Virus record (IMG/VR): IMGVR_UViG_3300046170_000148 | Coordinates: 32,001-96,000 of that record | DNA from: a virus | Reading direction: 5' to 3' (one strand) | Length of the DNA stretch: 64,000 nt | Shown here: positions 29,082 to 39,094 of the stretch, piece by piece | Position numbering within the stretch: position 1 is the first letter of the stretch | How the letters are laid out: every line of letters starts with the position of its first letter | Translations under genes and position numbers: made by a program | Notes under the pieces: generated by a model | Databases searched by the model: none | The model's input: the letters and a program-made list of their open reading frames with translations, nothing else | What the model was told of the DNA's origin: nothing

Positions 29082-29779
29082 TCATAGTCTCCATATCCGA
29101 ACATCTCAATCTCATCACTATACTTTTCTGTAATCCATTTCTTCATGTGAGGTTGAATCAAATCGTTACTATTTCTGATTCCCATCAGGTGCTTAAAACT
29201 TTTATTTTTATGAATACCCAAGTCGAGTTCGAACCCCAGATAATCATTTAGAATATGTATATCGTTTTTTAAGTTCTCAAACTTCATAACTGTGTCTGTC
29301 TCTTTGACCCATGTTGATAACGGGTGGACAAAGATGTGAGACCATTGTTTCTCATGTTCTTCCTTCAACCAGTATTCGAAGTTGAAGTCATTCAAATAGT
29401 CTCCATCCTTCTCCCACGCAGGGCCGTCCTTCATCACCCGATACAGAAACGCACCCATCAATCTATCCCACGGGTTTCGTATCACTGCAAAGATTTTGTA
29501 GTCACACCATCTCTCATCACGTTTCTCAAGAAGATGTCTCTCAAGGTGATGGGGATATTGTGCGAGGTCATGACTCTCCCGATGCGTTATCTTCTCAGAA
29601 TGAAATGCAGGAGACCCGTCATTCTCACCCTTGAGACTTCGTATTCGTTCTGCGACTGCCTTACCTCTACCGATATAATAGTCGTTACCAAGAGTTCTTT
29701 CCAGTTCACCCTTGATGGTTGTTCCCGCAGATTTGGGAACATGGATGAACCCCATTTGTTTAGTCGATGAGAGAAACAT
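29078..29779 (-). CDS. Sulfotransferase (Sulfotransfer_2 family)
   Basis: FIHVPKSAGTTI (5'-PSB), FAVIRNPWDRL (3'-PB), KFENL..D, FGY. Confidence 0.85.
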   Translation of the reverse strand: MFLSSTKQMGFIHVPKSAGTTIKGELERTLGNDYYIGRGKAVAERIRSLKGENDGSPAFHSEKITHRESHDLAQYPHHLERHLLEKRDERWCDYKIFAVIRNPWDRLMGAFLYRVMKDGPAWEKDGDYLNDFNFEYWLKEEHEKQWSHIFVHPLSTWVKETDTVMKFENLKNDIHILNDYLGFELDLGIHKNKSFKHLMGIRNSNDLIQPHMKKWITEKYSDEIEMFGYGDYE

Positions 29780-30176
29780 GTTTCCTATTCTCTAAGTGTT
29801 GTTCTTCAATGGCATCTTTGGACTGACCCATATAACGAACCGCATGGTGCTTCTCAATCATATAGTCATTGATTGATTGGTCTGCGTAGTTTGTGGTTCT
29901 CCACAACTCACCTAGAATACGACCAAACTTACCCTTACCGTCTTTATGTGTTTTCAAAACAATACCGCCTTCATCATCCAACAAACCAGTCAGAAAGTCC
30001 TTTGCGGCAAGACCATATTTCTTTTCTTCTAAGTCGCGAGTTCTCGATTCAGGAGTGTCGATACCATACATCCGAATACGTTGCTTACGCATCCACACAC
30101 CAAAGCCGAGGTCGATATCAACGTCAACTGTGTCGCCGTCAATAATCTTCACGACATTACATCTATATTCATACAT
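29760..30176 (-). CDS. Thermonuclease (SNase-like)
   Basis: IDGDTVDV.IDLGF...RIR.YGIDTPESRT, GKFGRILG. Confidence 0.9.
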   Translation of the reverse strand: MYEYRCNVVKIIDGDTVDVDIDLGFGVWMRKQRIRMYGIDTPESRTRDLEEKKYGLAAKDFLTGLLDDEGGIVLKTHKDGKGKFGRILGELWRTTNYADQSINDYMIEKHHAVRYMGQSKDAIEEQHLENRKHVSLID

Positions 30177-30819
30177 TCATTTGTTTCCTTATTGCTTGAT
30201 TACCTTTTTCACCTGTATGGTGAACAATTAGTGGCTTCCTCACTGCGATACCATCTTGATAGTCGATACGCAATGTATTATATGTGTGAGGTAATGGATT
30301 TATATATGCAAGTTTTTTCAACTCATCTCCACCCATCATAAAGTAGAGAACCTCTTGGTCACCCTGCACTGGATTACTAACACAGTTACTTGCCCAGTCC
30401 CCAAGTATTGTGGGTGTTCCTTCAATCAGAACAACACCAGAATTATACCATTTACCCATCTCATTCCTTCGAGCAGTCCACGGTCTATCCTCTACCATAC
30501 CAAGTTTGTTTGGTTCAGACAGGTCAAAGATATGTTCTATATTCCCTTTGATTTCACAATCAGTATCAATCCAACAAACCTTGTCAACATCTCTGAGACG
30601 TGAGGTTGTCAGTATCGCACGGGGTTTCTTGAACCAACCCTTTTCCTGCGATTTGATAGGAATGATATGATACATGGATATGTGACTCAACATCTCTTCG
30701 GACATACCGAAGTCAGCAATGATGAGGCGACCTTCATTGTGTCGTTCAAAGTTATGAATGAACCACGGGAGTTGCCACTCTGTGTTGATATCACATCCAG
30801 TTAGAAATACTTCACGCAT
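30169..30819 (-). CDS. Glycosyltransferase, GT-A fold (GT8-like)
   Basis: W.KP, WIDTD, YNSGV, GDQEVL, YN.L, H.TG..G. Confidence 0.75.
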   Translation of the reverse strand: MREVFLTGCDINTEWQLPWFIHNFERHNEGRLIIADFGMSEEMLSHISMYHIIPIKSQEKGWFKKPRAILTTSRLRDVDKVCWIDTDCEIKGNIEHIFDLSEPNKLGMVEDRPWTARRNEMGKWYNSGVVLIEGTPTILGDWASNCVSNPVQGDQEVLYFMMGGDELKKLAYINPLPHTYNTLRIDYQDGIAVRKPLIVHHTGEKGNQAIRKQMNV

Positions 30820-31459
30820 CGATAATCTTATACTCCGTCTTCCAGTTATGTTTTGCAAGACAACCTTCTTCTACCTGAATCGTGGTGAAACTATCTTGTG
30901 CCTCTGCACAGAATGGATAGTATTCCTGTAACCACGGAAAAGTATCTAGGTTCAGATACACATCAGTTGGTTTCGCGAACTTAGGTGCAGCCTCTACTAG
31001 CTTCTTCGCGCCTGCGGGCGTGACCATGTATGCGTGTGCGCCTGGGAAGTATCGTTTGGTGGTCAGAGTATTTACACCTAAATTCTGTGGAATATTGAAC
31101 CGACCATATGATGGCGCACCAATGTTCATCGCATACTGAAATGGTTGGGTTGGGAGGGGTGCGGTGATGACCGCATCGTGTTCAAAGATTGCGTAGGTCT
31201 CTTTACCTGATGCACATTCTTTCCACAACGAATAGTGTGACAGGAATGCAGAGATACAATTTAGATTACGAGAGTATCTCTCGTCAAATGCGCTTGGTGG
31301 AATACGTTCACGTTCTAGTAGTTCGAGTGGTTCGTCATTAGGTGTTATGGCACGAAACCATTCTACAGTCACACCGTGTTTTTTACCTGACGCAATACAT
31401 CGTTCTGCGACATCGATACTCGATGAATTGTTGATTAGTGTAATTACTTTTGCTTTCAT
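30812..31459 (-). CDS. Glycosyltransferase family 25
   Basis: VITL, SAFLSHYSLW, IFEHDA, GAHAY.VTP.GAKKL, PTD. Confidence 0.85.
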   Translation of the reverse strand: MKAKVITLINNSSSIDVAERCIASGKKHGVTVEWFRAITPNDEPLELLERERIPPSAFDERYSRNLNCISAFLSHYSLWKECASGKETYAIFEHDAVITAPLPTQPFQYAMNIGAPSYGRFNIPQNLGVNTLTTKRYFPGAHAYMVTPAGAKKLVEAAPKFAKPTDVYLNLDTFPWLQEYYPFCAEAQDSFTTIQVEEGCLAKHNWKTEYKIIDA

Positions 31460-32160
31460 GACGTTGTGGTTGAGACCAACCCCCTCTGAATAGTTGTATA
31501 GTAAGGATAGACCACTTGCATCCACGGAAAGAACTGTCTGTTCATGATTGCATCATTGGGCCACATTCCAATACTCTCTGTCATTTTTAATACTTTCTTT
31601 GCACCTTTTGGTGTAATTATATATGCAGAATTTCCAGCGAGTCCGTGAGGATAGTTGTCCTCAAGGTCTGGAACTGGTTGTAACCCCATACGCGAACTGA
31701 CCTTCGAATGAAACAAACTCGCCTTTCGAGTTGCACCACGAGGGTCATTGAGTCCTACTATACCACCTTTGAACCCATCTGTCAAGTCCGAAAATCTAAA
31801 CTTGCGAGTGAAGAGTGCATCATGTTCCAGAACCATAATCGGTTCGTCAAGGTCGATTGACTTCTGCCATAGACGCATGTGACTCACCATACACGCAATA
31901 CGATTCTGTAGGTCTGCGGTCTGATAGTGTTGAAGGTATAGTCCTGTCGCAAAGTCCATACCATCTTGACTTGGTTTGGTTGGATATGTCCAATCAAGTT
32001 TCAACCACATATCTTCTTCGAGAGACTCTGGTGTAGTCGCACGAAAGATTATCGGTTCAAGGTCTGAACCTGTATCATCGATAGACTTGACCACGCGATT
32101 AGATGCATCACGAGAGTCACGGTCATCAAGAAGAGTGATTATGTAGGCTTGCATCAACAT
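31456..32160 (-). CDS. Glycosyltransferase family 25
   Basis: AYIITL, IAC.VSH.RLW, VLEHDA, G.SAYIITPKGAKK, PND. Confidence 0.85.
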   Translation of the reverse strand: MLMQAYIITLLDDRDSRDASNRVVKSIDDTGSDLEPIIFRATTPESLEEDMWLKLDWTYPTKPSQDGMDFATGLYLQHYQTADLQNRIACMVSHMRLWQKSIDLDEPIMVLEHDALFTRKFRFSDLTDGFKGGIVGLNDPRGATRKASLFHSKVSSRMGLQPVPDLEDNYPHGLAGNSAYIITPKGAKKVLKMTESIGMWPNDAIMNRQFFPWMQVVYPYYTTIQRGLVSTTTS

Positions 32161-32893
32161 CTAATACCATTTCCCAATCTTTTGCTGAGTATGCACCACC
32201 ATTATAAGAGGTGTGATAATAATCATACGGTTCAGAGAGAATCTGATACCAACCCTCTTCAGCGCCCCTAAGTTTCTCTTCGTTATATAGTCGTTCTACT
32301 AACTTACAGTCCCATATACGTTGTGGGTGAATAATCATTGCGTCATTTATAAAGAAACTTGAATACTCATTATCATTACAAATACGATGATGTTGTAAGT
32401 TTGTTGCAGCGCTTCTTGTATTGAAACCAAGAGGCATTTCCTCTTCCCAAGACTTTTTTATTAATTCTTCCCAGTCAACTTGGTCAGACACAATCGTTTC
32501 GAAACGAGCCCGAATAACAATATCTGTTTGAATATTCTTCATTATATGATTATGAATCAAAATTTGTTTGTGCCAATGAGGAGAAACTCGTTTCACATAT
32601 TCCACTTGAGGACTACAATGTATATCGGGATGCATTGCGTCCCGTCTACCTTGACTCTCAGCATCAGGGTATGGTTCGATAGTCAATGGATGATAGGTAG
32701 ACTCTGGTTCATCAATATAGAAGTCTGCATCATAGTCTGACTCCGTATATGTAGCCGTATAAAAGTTGTCGTGTGGAATTCTTTCTCTTAGAAGATTGGT
32801 ATAATCTTCACCAGTCCACCTACCTGACACACACAACGAAACATTTATCGACACAGGTAAGTCTCCAAGTCTTCGGGTGTTCCCAGACCCCAC
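32126..32893 (-). CDS. Hypothetical glycan-related protein (start uncertain)
   Basis: SLCVSG.W, DIVIRARFE resemble a capsule-locus GT-like family. Confidence 0.45.
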   Translation of the reverse strand: MGSGNTRRLGDLPVSINVSLCVSGRWTGEDYTNLLRERIPHDNFYTATYTESDYDADFYIDEPESTYHPLTIEPYPDAESQGRRDAMHPDIHCSPQVEYVKRVSPHWHKQILIHNHIMKNIQTDIVIRARFETIVSDQVDWEELIKKSWEEEMPLGFNTRSAATNLQHHRICNDNEYSSFFINDAMIIHPQRIWDCKLVERLYNEEKLRGAEEGWYQILSEPYDYYHTSYNGGAYSAKDWEMVLDVDASLHNHSS

Positions 32894-34167
32894 ATAGTCT
32901 TTGCCTCATATGTGTGTATCTGTTTACCTTCTTTGAGGGCGAGATTATACACAGGACAAACATAGAATTCATTATTCACACGAATATCATGGTAAATCAT
33001 ATCTTCGGCATAGGTTACATAATCCTTACCACGTTTCCAGTAGTAGAACCCAACAGTCGCATTGTCACTGATAGGGTTCTTCTCTGCGACCTCTACAACC
33101 ATTCCCATACCATCAGTCTTTGCGTATGACCACTTGGGGTGGGTTGCCTTGAATGTGACAAGACCACCATCAGCTTCTTTCTCGTTCATTGTATACATGA
33201 AGTCAATCGCGTCCCACTCAACATACTGGTCAGAGTTCGCGATGAACAATGGGTTATCGTTGTCGATATATTCTTTTGCAAGAAGAGTTGTGCAGGCTGC
33301 ACCTTCGGTCACACCATCGACCTCTACAATCTTACAGTTCGGTGCAATCAGGTTCAACATTGAGTCGAGGTTATATTGTTTGCGGTGTTCTTTCTGAACA
33401 ACAAAGATATAGTTTGTATCAAACCCTAGATTATCCACAACGGTCTGAATCATAGGTTTACCCTCGACATCAATCAAAGGTTTGGGAAAGGTATATCCCG
33501 CATCGGCAAAACGACTCCCCGCCCCTGCCATCGGAATCAAGACATTGAGTTTATCATCTTTCCATTTCGGTTTCACGGGTTTGTCTTTTATCTTTTCTAT
33601 TAGGTCAACGTTTACTTCTTCGGGTGAACTCACTCGTATCACATTCGCACCTGAACGATGAGCTGCAAGTAGACCTGTTGGAGAGTCCTCAATAATAACA
33701 GTTTCTTCGGGTAACACTCCACATTGAGACATTGCTTTCCAGTATATCTCTGGATGTGGTTTTGCGTGACCTACATCATCAGCAGTAATAAAAAATGAAC
33801 ATAGATGAATAACACCAATTCTGGATAGGCATTTCTCCACAGTTCTTTTAATCGCATTAGAGCATATTCCAATATCATAACGGTTTTCCTTTAGTCGTAA
33901 GAACAAATCTATAATGTCATCGTTCTGTTGTATCGTATCTAATCTATCATATGTGTTCAGTTGTTTTTCTTCGAATATCTTTTTCGACTCTGATTCAGAG
34001 TAACCCATACGAGATAGTTTGTCTTTGGTGGTCATACCATCATAGACTCTCAGGTGTTCCTCCTGAGTTATTGCACGGTTACCCAATGCTTTGTTTAGTG
34101 CTTCGTAGTGGATATCCTTTGTGTCAACCAGAACACCATCTAGGTCAAAGAGGACAAGTTTAATCAT
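32845..34167 (-). CDS. Fusion of a HAD phosphatase and a sugar-phosphate nucleotidyltransferase-like domain
   Basis: FDLDGVLVDT, KPHPEIY, IEDS..G (HAD); IPMAGAGSRF...Y.FPKPLI, TEGAACT, NSDQ, EK.PIS..ATVG.Y, EFYV.PVYN, LGTPEDL. Confidence 0.9.
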   Translation of the reverse strand: MIKLVLFDLDGVLVDTKDIHYEALNKALGNRAITQEEHLRVYDGMTTKDKLSRMGYSESESKKIFEEKQLNTYDRLDTIQQNDDIIDLFLRLKENRYDIGICSNAIKRTVEKCLSRIGVIHLCSFFITADDVGHAKPHPEIYWKAMSQCGVLPEETVIIEDSPTGLLAAHRSGANVIRVSSPEEVNVDLIEKIKDKPVKPKWKDDKLNVLIPMAGAGSRFADAGYTFPKPLIDVEGKPMIQTVVDNLGFDTNYIFVVQKEHRKQYNLDSMLNLIAPNCKIVEVDGVTEGAACTTLLAKEYIDNDNPLFIANSDQYVEWDAIDFMYTMNEKEADGGLVTFKATHPKWSYAKTDGMGMVVEVAEKNPISDNATVGFYYWKRGKDYVTYAEDMIYHDIRVNNEFYVCPVYNLALKEGKQIHTYEAKTMWGLGTPEDLETYLCR

Positions 34168-34781
34168 TTGGTCAATGCGATGATATATGTGTCACCACAC
34201 TTTGTTTCTTTGCGTCTATCATATGTCTTATGATTATATTTTTCAAGTGTTGTCATAAAATGATTATGTTTCAATACATCATATAAGTCAAGACGATTTT
34301 GAATCCACGGGTTAGACATTTCGTTTTGACTCATTCTATGTAAAGGCCAGATATCTTCGATGAAATATGTTCCATCCTCTTTTAAAAAAGAAATACAGTT
34401 CTCAAAAGTCAGTCGATTTGCTTCAGGCCAATGTGCGCCATCATCAATAATAAAGTCAAACTTCACATCACCCCATTCACTCTTAATCTTACTTCCAAGA
34501 GACGCATCCATAGAGTCTGCTTTTAACCAGTGAACACGTTCTTCACTCAAAATATCCAACTCCTCTGGTAGAGTCCTCACGAAGATGTCAATCGTATAGA
34601 TGTTCGCATTCGGAAAGTATTCATGAAACGCACGAGTTGATGCACCCTTGAAAGTTCCAATCTCAAGAAGATTAATTTGTTCTTCTCTCACGGGTTCAAA
34701 GTATTTCTCATATTCTTTATAGTAGTGATGTTTTTCTGTTCCTTTATCACACTGATATTTGTCAAATAGTTCTTTAAGCAT
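34164..34781 (-). CDS. Class I SAM-dependent O-methyltransferase
   Basis: DK...H.Y...Y, LLEIG...GAS......YFPNA.IY.IDI, FDFIIDDG.H, G.YFIED. Confidence 0.85.
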   Translation of the reverse strand: MLKELFDKYQCDKGTEKHHYYKEYEKYFEPVREEQINLLEIGTFKGASTRAFHEYFPNANIYTIDIFVRTLPEELDILSEERVHWLKADSMDASLGSKIKSEWGDVKFDFIIDDGAHWPEANRLTFENCISFLKEDGTYFIEDIWPLHRMSQNEMSNPWIQNRLDLYDVLKHNHFMTTLEKYNHKTYDRRKETKCGDTYIIALTK

Positions 34782-35473
34782 TCCAATAGTTCCTTGTTGG
34801 GCCTGTGTCGAAGTCATAACCCCAGTGGTCGATGTCTTGTTTATACCAATCCGCGACAATCTGTGTTGTCTCTGGTGTATATATGTCTTTGTAATGAATC
34901 CCGTGTCCCGTCTTACCTTTGTCATTAGGCACACGGGTTACGTTTCTTGGTTCAGGATTTGCGAGAGTTCCGAAGTATTGTTTTACATCATCATTATAGT
35001 TCTCAAATCTAAGGATATCACACTTCACATTACCGTTCTCATCGGCTACATGAAAATGCGATGGATACCAGTTACGAACTGCACGATGCCACATATACTC
35101 TTCCCCGCCCCACTTATGTCGTTCCTCAAGGAATGCCTCAAACGAAGAGATGTCTGCATATTCTGGTGGTTGTGTCCCCTCATGCAAGATTACTTTCTTT
35201 GCAAACAGATATCGAGAGACAACTCTATCCCACGGATTACGGCACAATCGCAACCGCACGGAACTGGTCACGAAGGTCTGACCGCCAGTATCTCAGTGGA
35301 GCATGTTCGTAACCCTGATGGTCTTGAGTCTTTTTCATCTTCTCAACCAGACCTTTGGTATATTTCTTATTGATATGATGGTCAGGTTGTGCGAGTAACA
35401 CTTGTTTGCGGATGTCCATATTCTTGCGAATCGTCATACCACCGTTTTTTGGAATGTGAACAAATAGTTTCAT
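34774..35473 (-). CDS. Sulfotransferase (Sulfotransfer_2); frameshifted near 35240
   Basis: FVHIPKNGGMTI in the upstream piece; RNPWDRVVS, LRFEN, WY..DI..WGYDF in the downstream piece. Confidence 0.85.
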
Positions 35474-36009
35474 TTTCTTTCCCACTTTACATACATTCTA
35501 TTCTGGTCAGGCATAAACTCCGTGACCTTATAACCCGTTGCTTCTGAAAGCATTATATGATGATTTATATGCCATTCAAAGAAAGGAACTTTGTTCACAT
35601 TCTTATTGTCATGGTCACGATGGCCTGGATTACATCTCCAGTAGATACGCGACTTATCTTTCATACAGAACTTAGTCAAGTTATCGATTTGTTTTGCAAC
35701 ATCCGTAAACTCACCAAAGTTAATACTACCTAAACAAAACGCAACATCAAACTTCTCTTGAGGTTTATAGTCCTCTATTGCCACCTGTTCGTCTGACCCA
35801 ATGTCTGTAATATCGATACCGTGTAAGTTTTTAAGGTGTCTTTTAAAAGGATTAACCCCACAACCCACGTCAAGCACAGATTCTGTATCATTAATTTCAT
35901 CTATCAATCTCCATCCAGTCCAGTAATAACTATCAAGTCCTGCGGTGCGGGAACTCGGCCAATCATATGTGAAATAATCTCTTAACCATTCTCTGTCGTA
36001 GGTAACCAT
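35470..36009 (-). CDS. Class I SAM-dependent methyltransferase
   Basis: VLDVGCG, GID, FDVAFCLGSINFG, RCNPG. Confidence 0.8.
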   Translation of the reverse strand: MVTYDREWLRDYFTYDWPSSRTAGLDSYYWTGWRLIDEINDTESVLDVGCGVNPFKRHLKNLHGIDITDIGSDEQVAIEDYKPQEKFDVAFCLGSINFGEFTDVAKQIDNLTKFCMKDKSRIYWRCNPGHRDHDNKNVNKVPFFEWHINHHIMLSEATGYKVTEFMPDQNRMYVKWERK

Positions 36010-36519
36010 ATATAGTAATCTCTTTTTCCATCATTATGTTTTTCAAGTTCATGTTCTTGAACAAATTCCGTGATGAGAAGGTTCTGCATCTGTATCTGTT
36101 CTATCATATTGTCATCATCTCGATACCAATTGTAGTTAGGATACTTGATATTCCAACCACCACATTGATGCCACCAATCGAAACATTCTTGGTTAGTTCT
36201 ATATACCAAATGAATAGGACAACCAAAGTCCATGAGATATGGTAAGTGATATGCAAATGTGTGAGACTTGATTACGCGAATGCCCTCACCACTGAAAGGT
36301 TCGTCCCAGTGTTTCTCTTCGTTTCTAAACTCCATGCCAGGGGTCAAAGTATGCACCCCTATGCATCAAGTCTTTACAACCATCACGACCACGCCAATAC
36401 TCTCGTTCAGGTGACATATCTGTCTTGTCAAGGTCATCACGAGTGTATAGGTGGTCTTCTACATATCCACTCCAACGACTGCCTGGCGCACCTGTTACGA
36501 AGATATACTTACCGTTCAT
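35982..36519 (-). CDS. Hypothetical sulfotransferase-like P-loop protein; extra C near 36340
   Basis: IFVTGAPGSRWS, H.GAYFDPGMEF (repaired), IKSH.F, VYR. Confidence 0.55.
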
Positions 36520-37147
36520 TCTTTGGTCTTATCCCATTCCATACTTGTTCATCAAGCCAGTGAGAGTCAACATGCTTTACATACTTCTCATTCTGGTTCT
36601 CACTGATTGTCTTATTTATTCGTTCATCATCATATGCAATCGGGAAGTCTAGAACCTTTGACAACCACTTCAGGTATGCACCGCCATAGAGATAGAGTGA
36701 CTCGTGTGATAGGAAGTGTAGGTCTGCATCTAGATTGTAATAGTATTGTAGTGCAGTCGGCATTGTCACTTCTTTTCGGACTCGTCTCTGTTGCTCTTTA
36801 TTGATATTCTCTTCTCTTACAACGACACATACTTTCACATCGTATCCTGCGTCTTGTGCTTCTTTCACGACTTCTTGTATCTTCGGAACTTGTTTCACTC
36901 CATCATACACAAAAGGCACACTGACGTTTGCGACAATAGCAGAACCTTTCAACATACTCTTTGTCTTTGACGGGTCAACCCAACACTCTGCAAAGGGTTC
37001 TTCATCACTTGGTATCCAATACTTGTCACCAAAGTCCCACCCACTTACATATGGATGATAACCAAGAACTTTACTAAACAGATGATTACCAGACCCTTGT
37101 GGGCCTGTGACTATCAGTAGTCGTTTATACTCGTTGCTGCCCGACAT
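36509..37147 (-). CDS. Hypothetical sulfotransferase-like P-loop protein
   Basis: LIVTGPQGSGNHLFSK, EPF, S.P, VVR, SHE.L. Confidence 0.55.
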   Translation of the reverse strand: MSGSNEYKRLLIVTGPQGSGNHLFSKVLGYHPYVSGWDFGDKYWIPSDEEPFAECWVDPSKTKSMLKGSAIVANVSVPFVYDGVKQVPKIQEVVKEAQDAGYDVKVCVVVREENINKEQQRRVRKEVTMPTALQYYYNLDADLHFLSHESLYLYGGAYLKWLSKVLDFPIAYDDERINKTISENQNEKYVKHVDSHWLDEQVWNGIRPKNER

Positions 37148-37805
37148 AGGTTCTCACTTTCAATGGGTTGACTTCATCTGTTGGCCCTGTTGCAGAGTCA
37201 GGACTGAATACAAATAACGTAACATCCTCACCCTTATTACACATAAAATTATGTAAAACATTTCTTTCCATAACCCAACAGTCACCCGCTTTGATAGGGA
37301 ACATCTCACCATTATCAAGTTCAATCTCACCCTTGCCAGACAGAACTAATCCGATGCGTTGACTTGGGTGGGTGTGGAGAGTCTGTTTCATTCCTGCGGG
37401 GAAGTGGACATAGTTGATAACGGGGAGTCCAAGACGGCCTGGGTTTACTGCGGTGGTGTTCGTGCCACCATCCATATATGACAGGTTGCCTTTTGGATTA
37501 TCGTGTGGTATAAACATGCGGTCATCGTTGAGATGTAGACCGTAGAACTTGATGTGAGCAAACACAGATGTCTCGTTGTGTGTCTCAACCGTGAACTCAT
37601 TATCTGTCTGTCCTGCAAAACTGTTTGTCTCAACAGACCATCCATTCTTCATATGGACACTACAATCTTTGCCCATGATATAACTCGTTCCAATAGACTC
37701 GTGATTGTTGAGATAGGTCGTGTTAATACCCCTTACAACTTGGATATCATAATTCCAAATATCAGTAACCTGATAGGTCTCTGTATTCTCAATTTGTTTC
37801 ATCAT
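37125..37805 (-). CDS. Cupin-domain protein
   Basis: HFP.G..QT.HTHPS.R.G.VLSGKG...H.F; G.LSY.DG. Confidence 0.8.
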   Translation of the reverse strand: MMKQIENTETYQVTDIWNYDIQVVRGINTTYLNNHESIGTSYIMGKDCSVHMKNGWSVETNSFAGQTDNEFTVETHNETSVFAHIKFYGLHLNDDRMFIPHDNPKGNLSYMDGGTNTTAVNPGRLGLPVINYVHFPAGMKQTLHTHPSQRIGLVLSGKGEIELDNGEMFPIKAGDCWVMERNVLHNFMCNKGEDVTLFVFSPDSATGPTDEVNPLKVRTYVGQQRV

Positions 37806-38353
37806 AATCCTGTCACTTCTCTAATCTCATAAGGTATAAAGGGGTTTGTCATTCTTTCTGGATGCCAGACAATCGCACAGACATTACCCTTTATCCAAGA
37901 CTCTGTGTTACCTTCATCATCAATGTATAATTGTATCACATTTTGGGGTAGTTTGTCAATAGAAATATTATGAAAACTGTTCACATGCCTGTGTGTAGGT
38001 ATGTTACCATAGACGAGATGTTCGGTATCATAGTGACCCTCACAGCCCTTTGTGCTGCCACCAAGCATCTCTGTCAGGAGAAACGCACCATGACAGATAC
38101 CGAGCATGGGTTTACCCAGTCTCGACATTTCGGTTATGAGGGATACTTCTGTGAGGATGCGAATCTCTTCGTTATCCCCACCCGTAATGATGAGTAGGTC
38201 GAGAGACTCCGCAAGGGATTCATAATCTAAGTCTTCACGGTTGGGGATGGGGATGAGTTCATGACCCTTCAACAACCTATACCAGTTGTGGTCTAAAGAG
38301 TCATGAACTTGTCCGTTGTGCGTGAGGACTCGTTGTGTGAGTCCTACTCTCAT
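37802..38353 (-). CDS. Class I glutamine amidotransferase / gamma-glutamyl hydrolase (peptidase C26 family)
   Basis: LIITGG, PMLGICHG (catalytic Cys), VNSFH, WHPE. Confidence 0.85.
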   Translation of the reverse strand: MRVGLTQRVLTHNGQVHDSLDHNWYRLLKGHELIPIPNREDLDYESLAESLDLLIITGGDNEEIRILTEVSLITEMSRLGKPMLGICHGAFLLTEMLGGSTKGCEGHYDTEHLVYGNIPTHRHVNSFHNISIDKLPQNVIQLYIDDEGNTESWIKGNVCAIVWHPERMTNPFIPYEIREVTGL

Positions 38354-39052
38354 TTACCAACCGTAGGCTGCGTTTACGAGTTCGCGTGAACCTTTTGCTT
38401 CTACTGTGTTTTCACACGAGATTTCAAACAGGTCTTTACGCATTGCTTCGATGATACCTTGAACACGACTTTGTGTAGACTCATTCGTTGCAAGTTTGCG
38501 TAACATGTATGCGCCGATACCACTGTGAAAACCTTCGTCTTTGGCAATCTCACGATAACGACCAGAGATGAAACTATCTTCGATAGTATCTGCCATCTGA
38601 TTCCAGACTGCTTCTGCACGACCTTCCGCAACCAACTGATATGCGGCGAGGACTGCTTCGTCGTTCTCTGCGTCATACTTCTCAAGCAGTGATGCACCTT
38701 TGGCAGTGTCTGCTTTTCTTTCAGCTTCAAGTGCTTGGGAGACGTTTACTTCTTCACCAGTGATATGTTCAATAACTTCCTTGACCATACGGTAGTGTTT
38801 CGCTTCGTCTGCTGCTTGTTTTGAAAGCAATTCTAATTCTCTTGGGTCTGCATCATCTTCTGCACTTGCGATTTGTGCAGAGATTTCAGACATATTCATA
38901 CGTTCATTGACCATACGACCAATGAAGTGGTCAACCATTTCCTCTTTGGAAAGGTCATTCTCGAAGTATGCCTTGACGTTCATCTTGGATGCTTCGAACA
39001 ATGCTTGGTTTTCTTTGCGAATTTTCTTCACAAACTCATTTGGATTTAACAT
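38354..39052 (-). CDS. Ferritin-like di-iron protein
   Basis: E...DEAKH and E...DEGFH paired ExxH motifs in a helical protein. Confidence 0.75.
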   Translation of the reverse strand: MLNPNEFVKKIRKENQALFEASKMNVKAYFENDLSKEEMVDHFIGRMVNERMNMSEISAQIASAEDDADPRELELLSKQAADEAKHYRMVKEVIEHITGEEVNVSQALEAERKADTAKGASLLEKYDAENDEAVLAAYQLVAEGRAEAVWNQMADTIEDSFISGRYREIAKDEGFHSGIGAYMLRKLATNESTQSRVQGIIEAMRKDLFEISCENTVEAKGSRELVNAAYGW

Positions 39053-39086
39053 GTTAGTTCCTTATTCACTCTATTGACAATAACAG

Positions 39087-39094
39087 TATTTATA
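39087..39094 (-). promoter_or_regulatory. T4-type late promoter TATAAATA
   Basis: Exact consensus ~35 nt upstream of the ferritin-like ATG; AAGGA SD follows. Confidence 0.7.
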
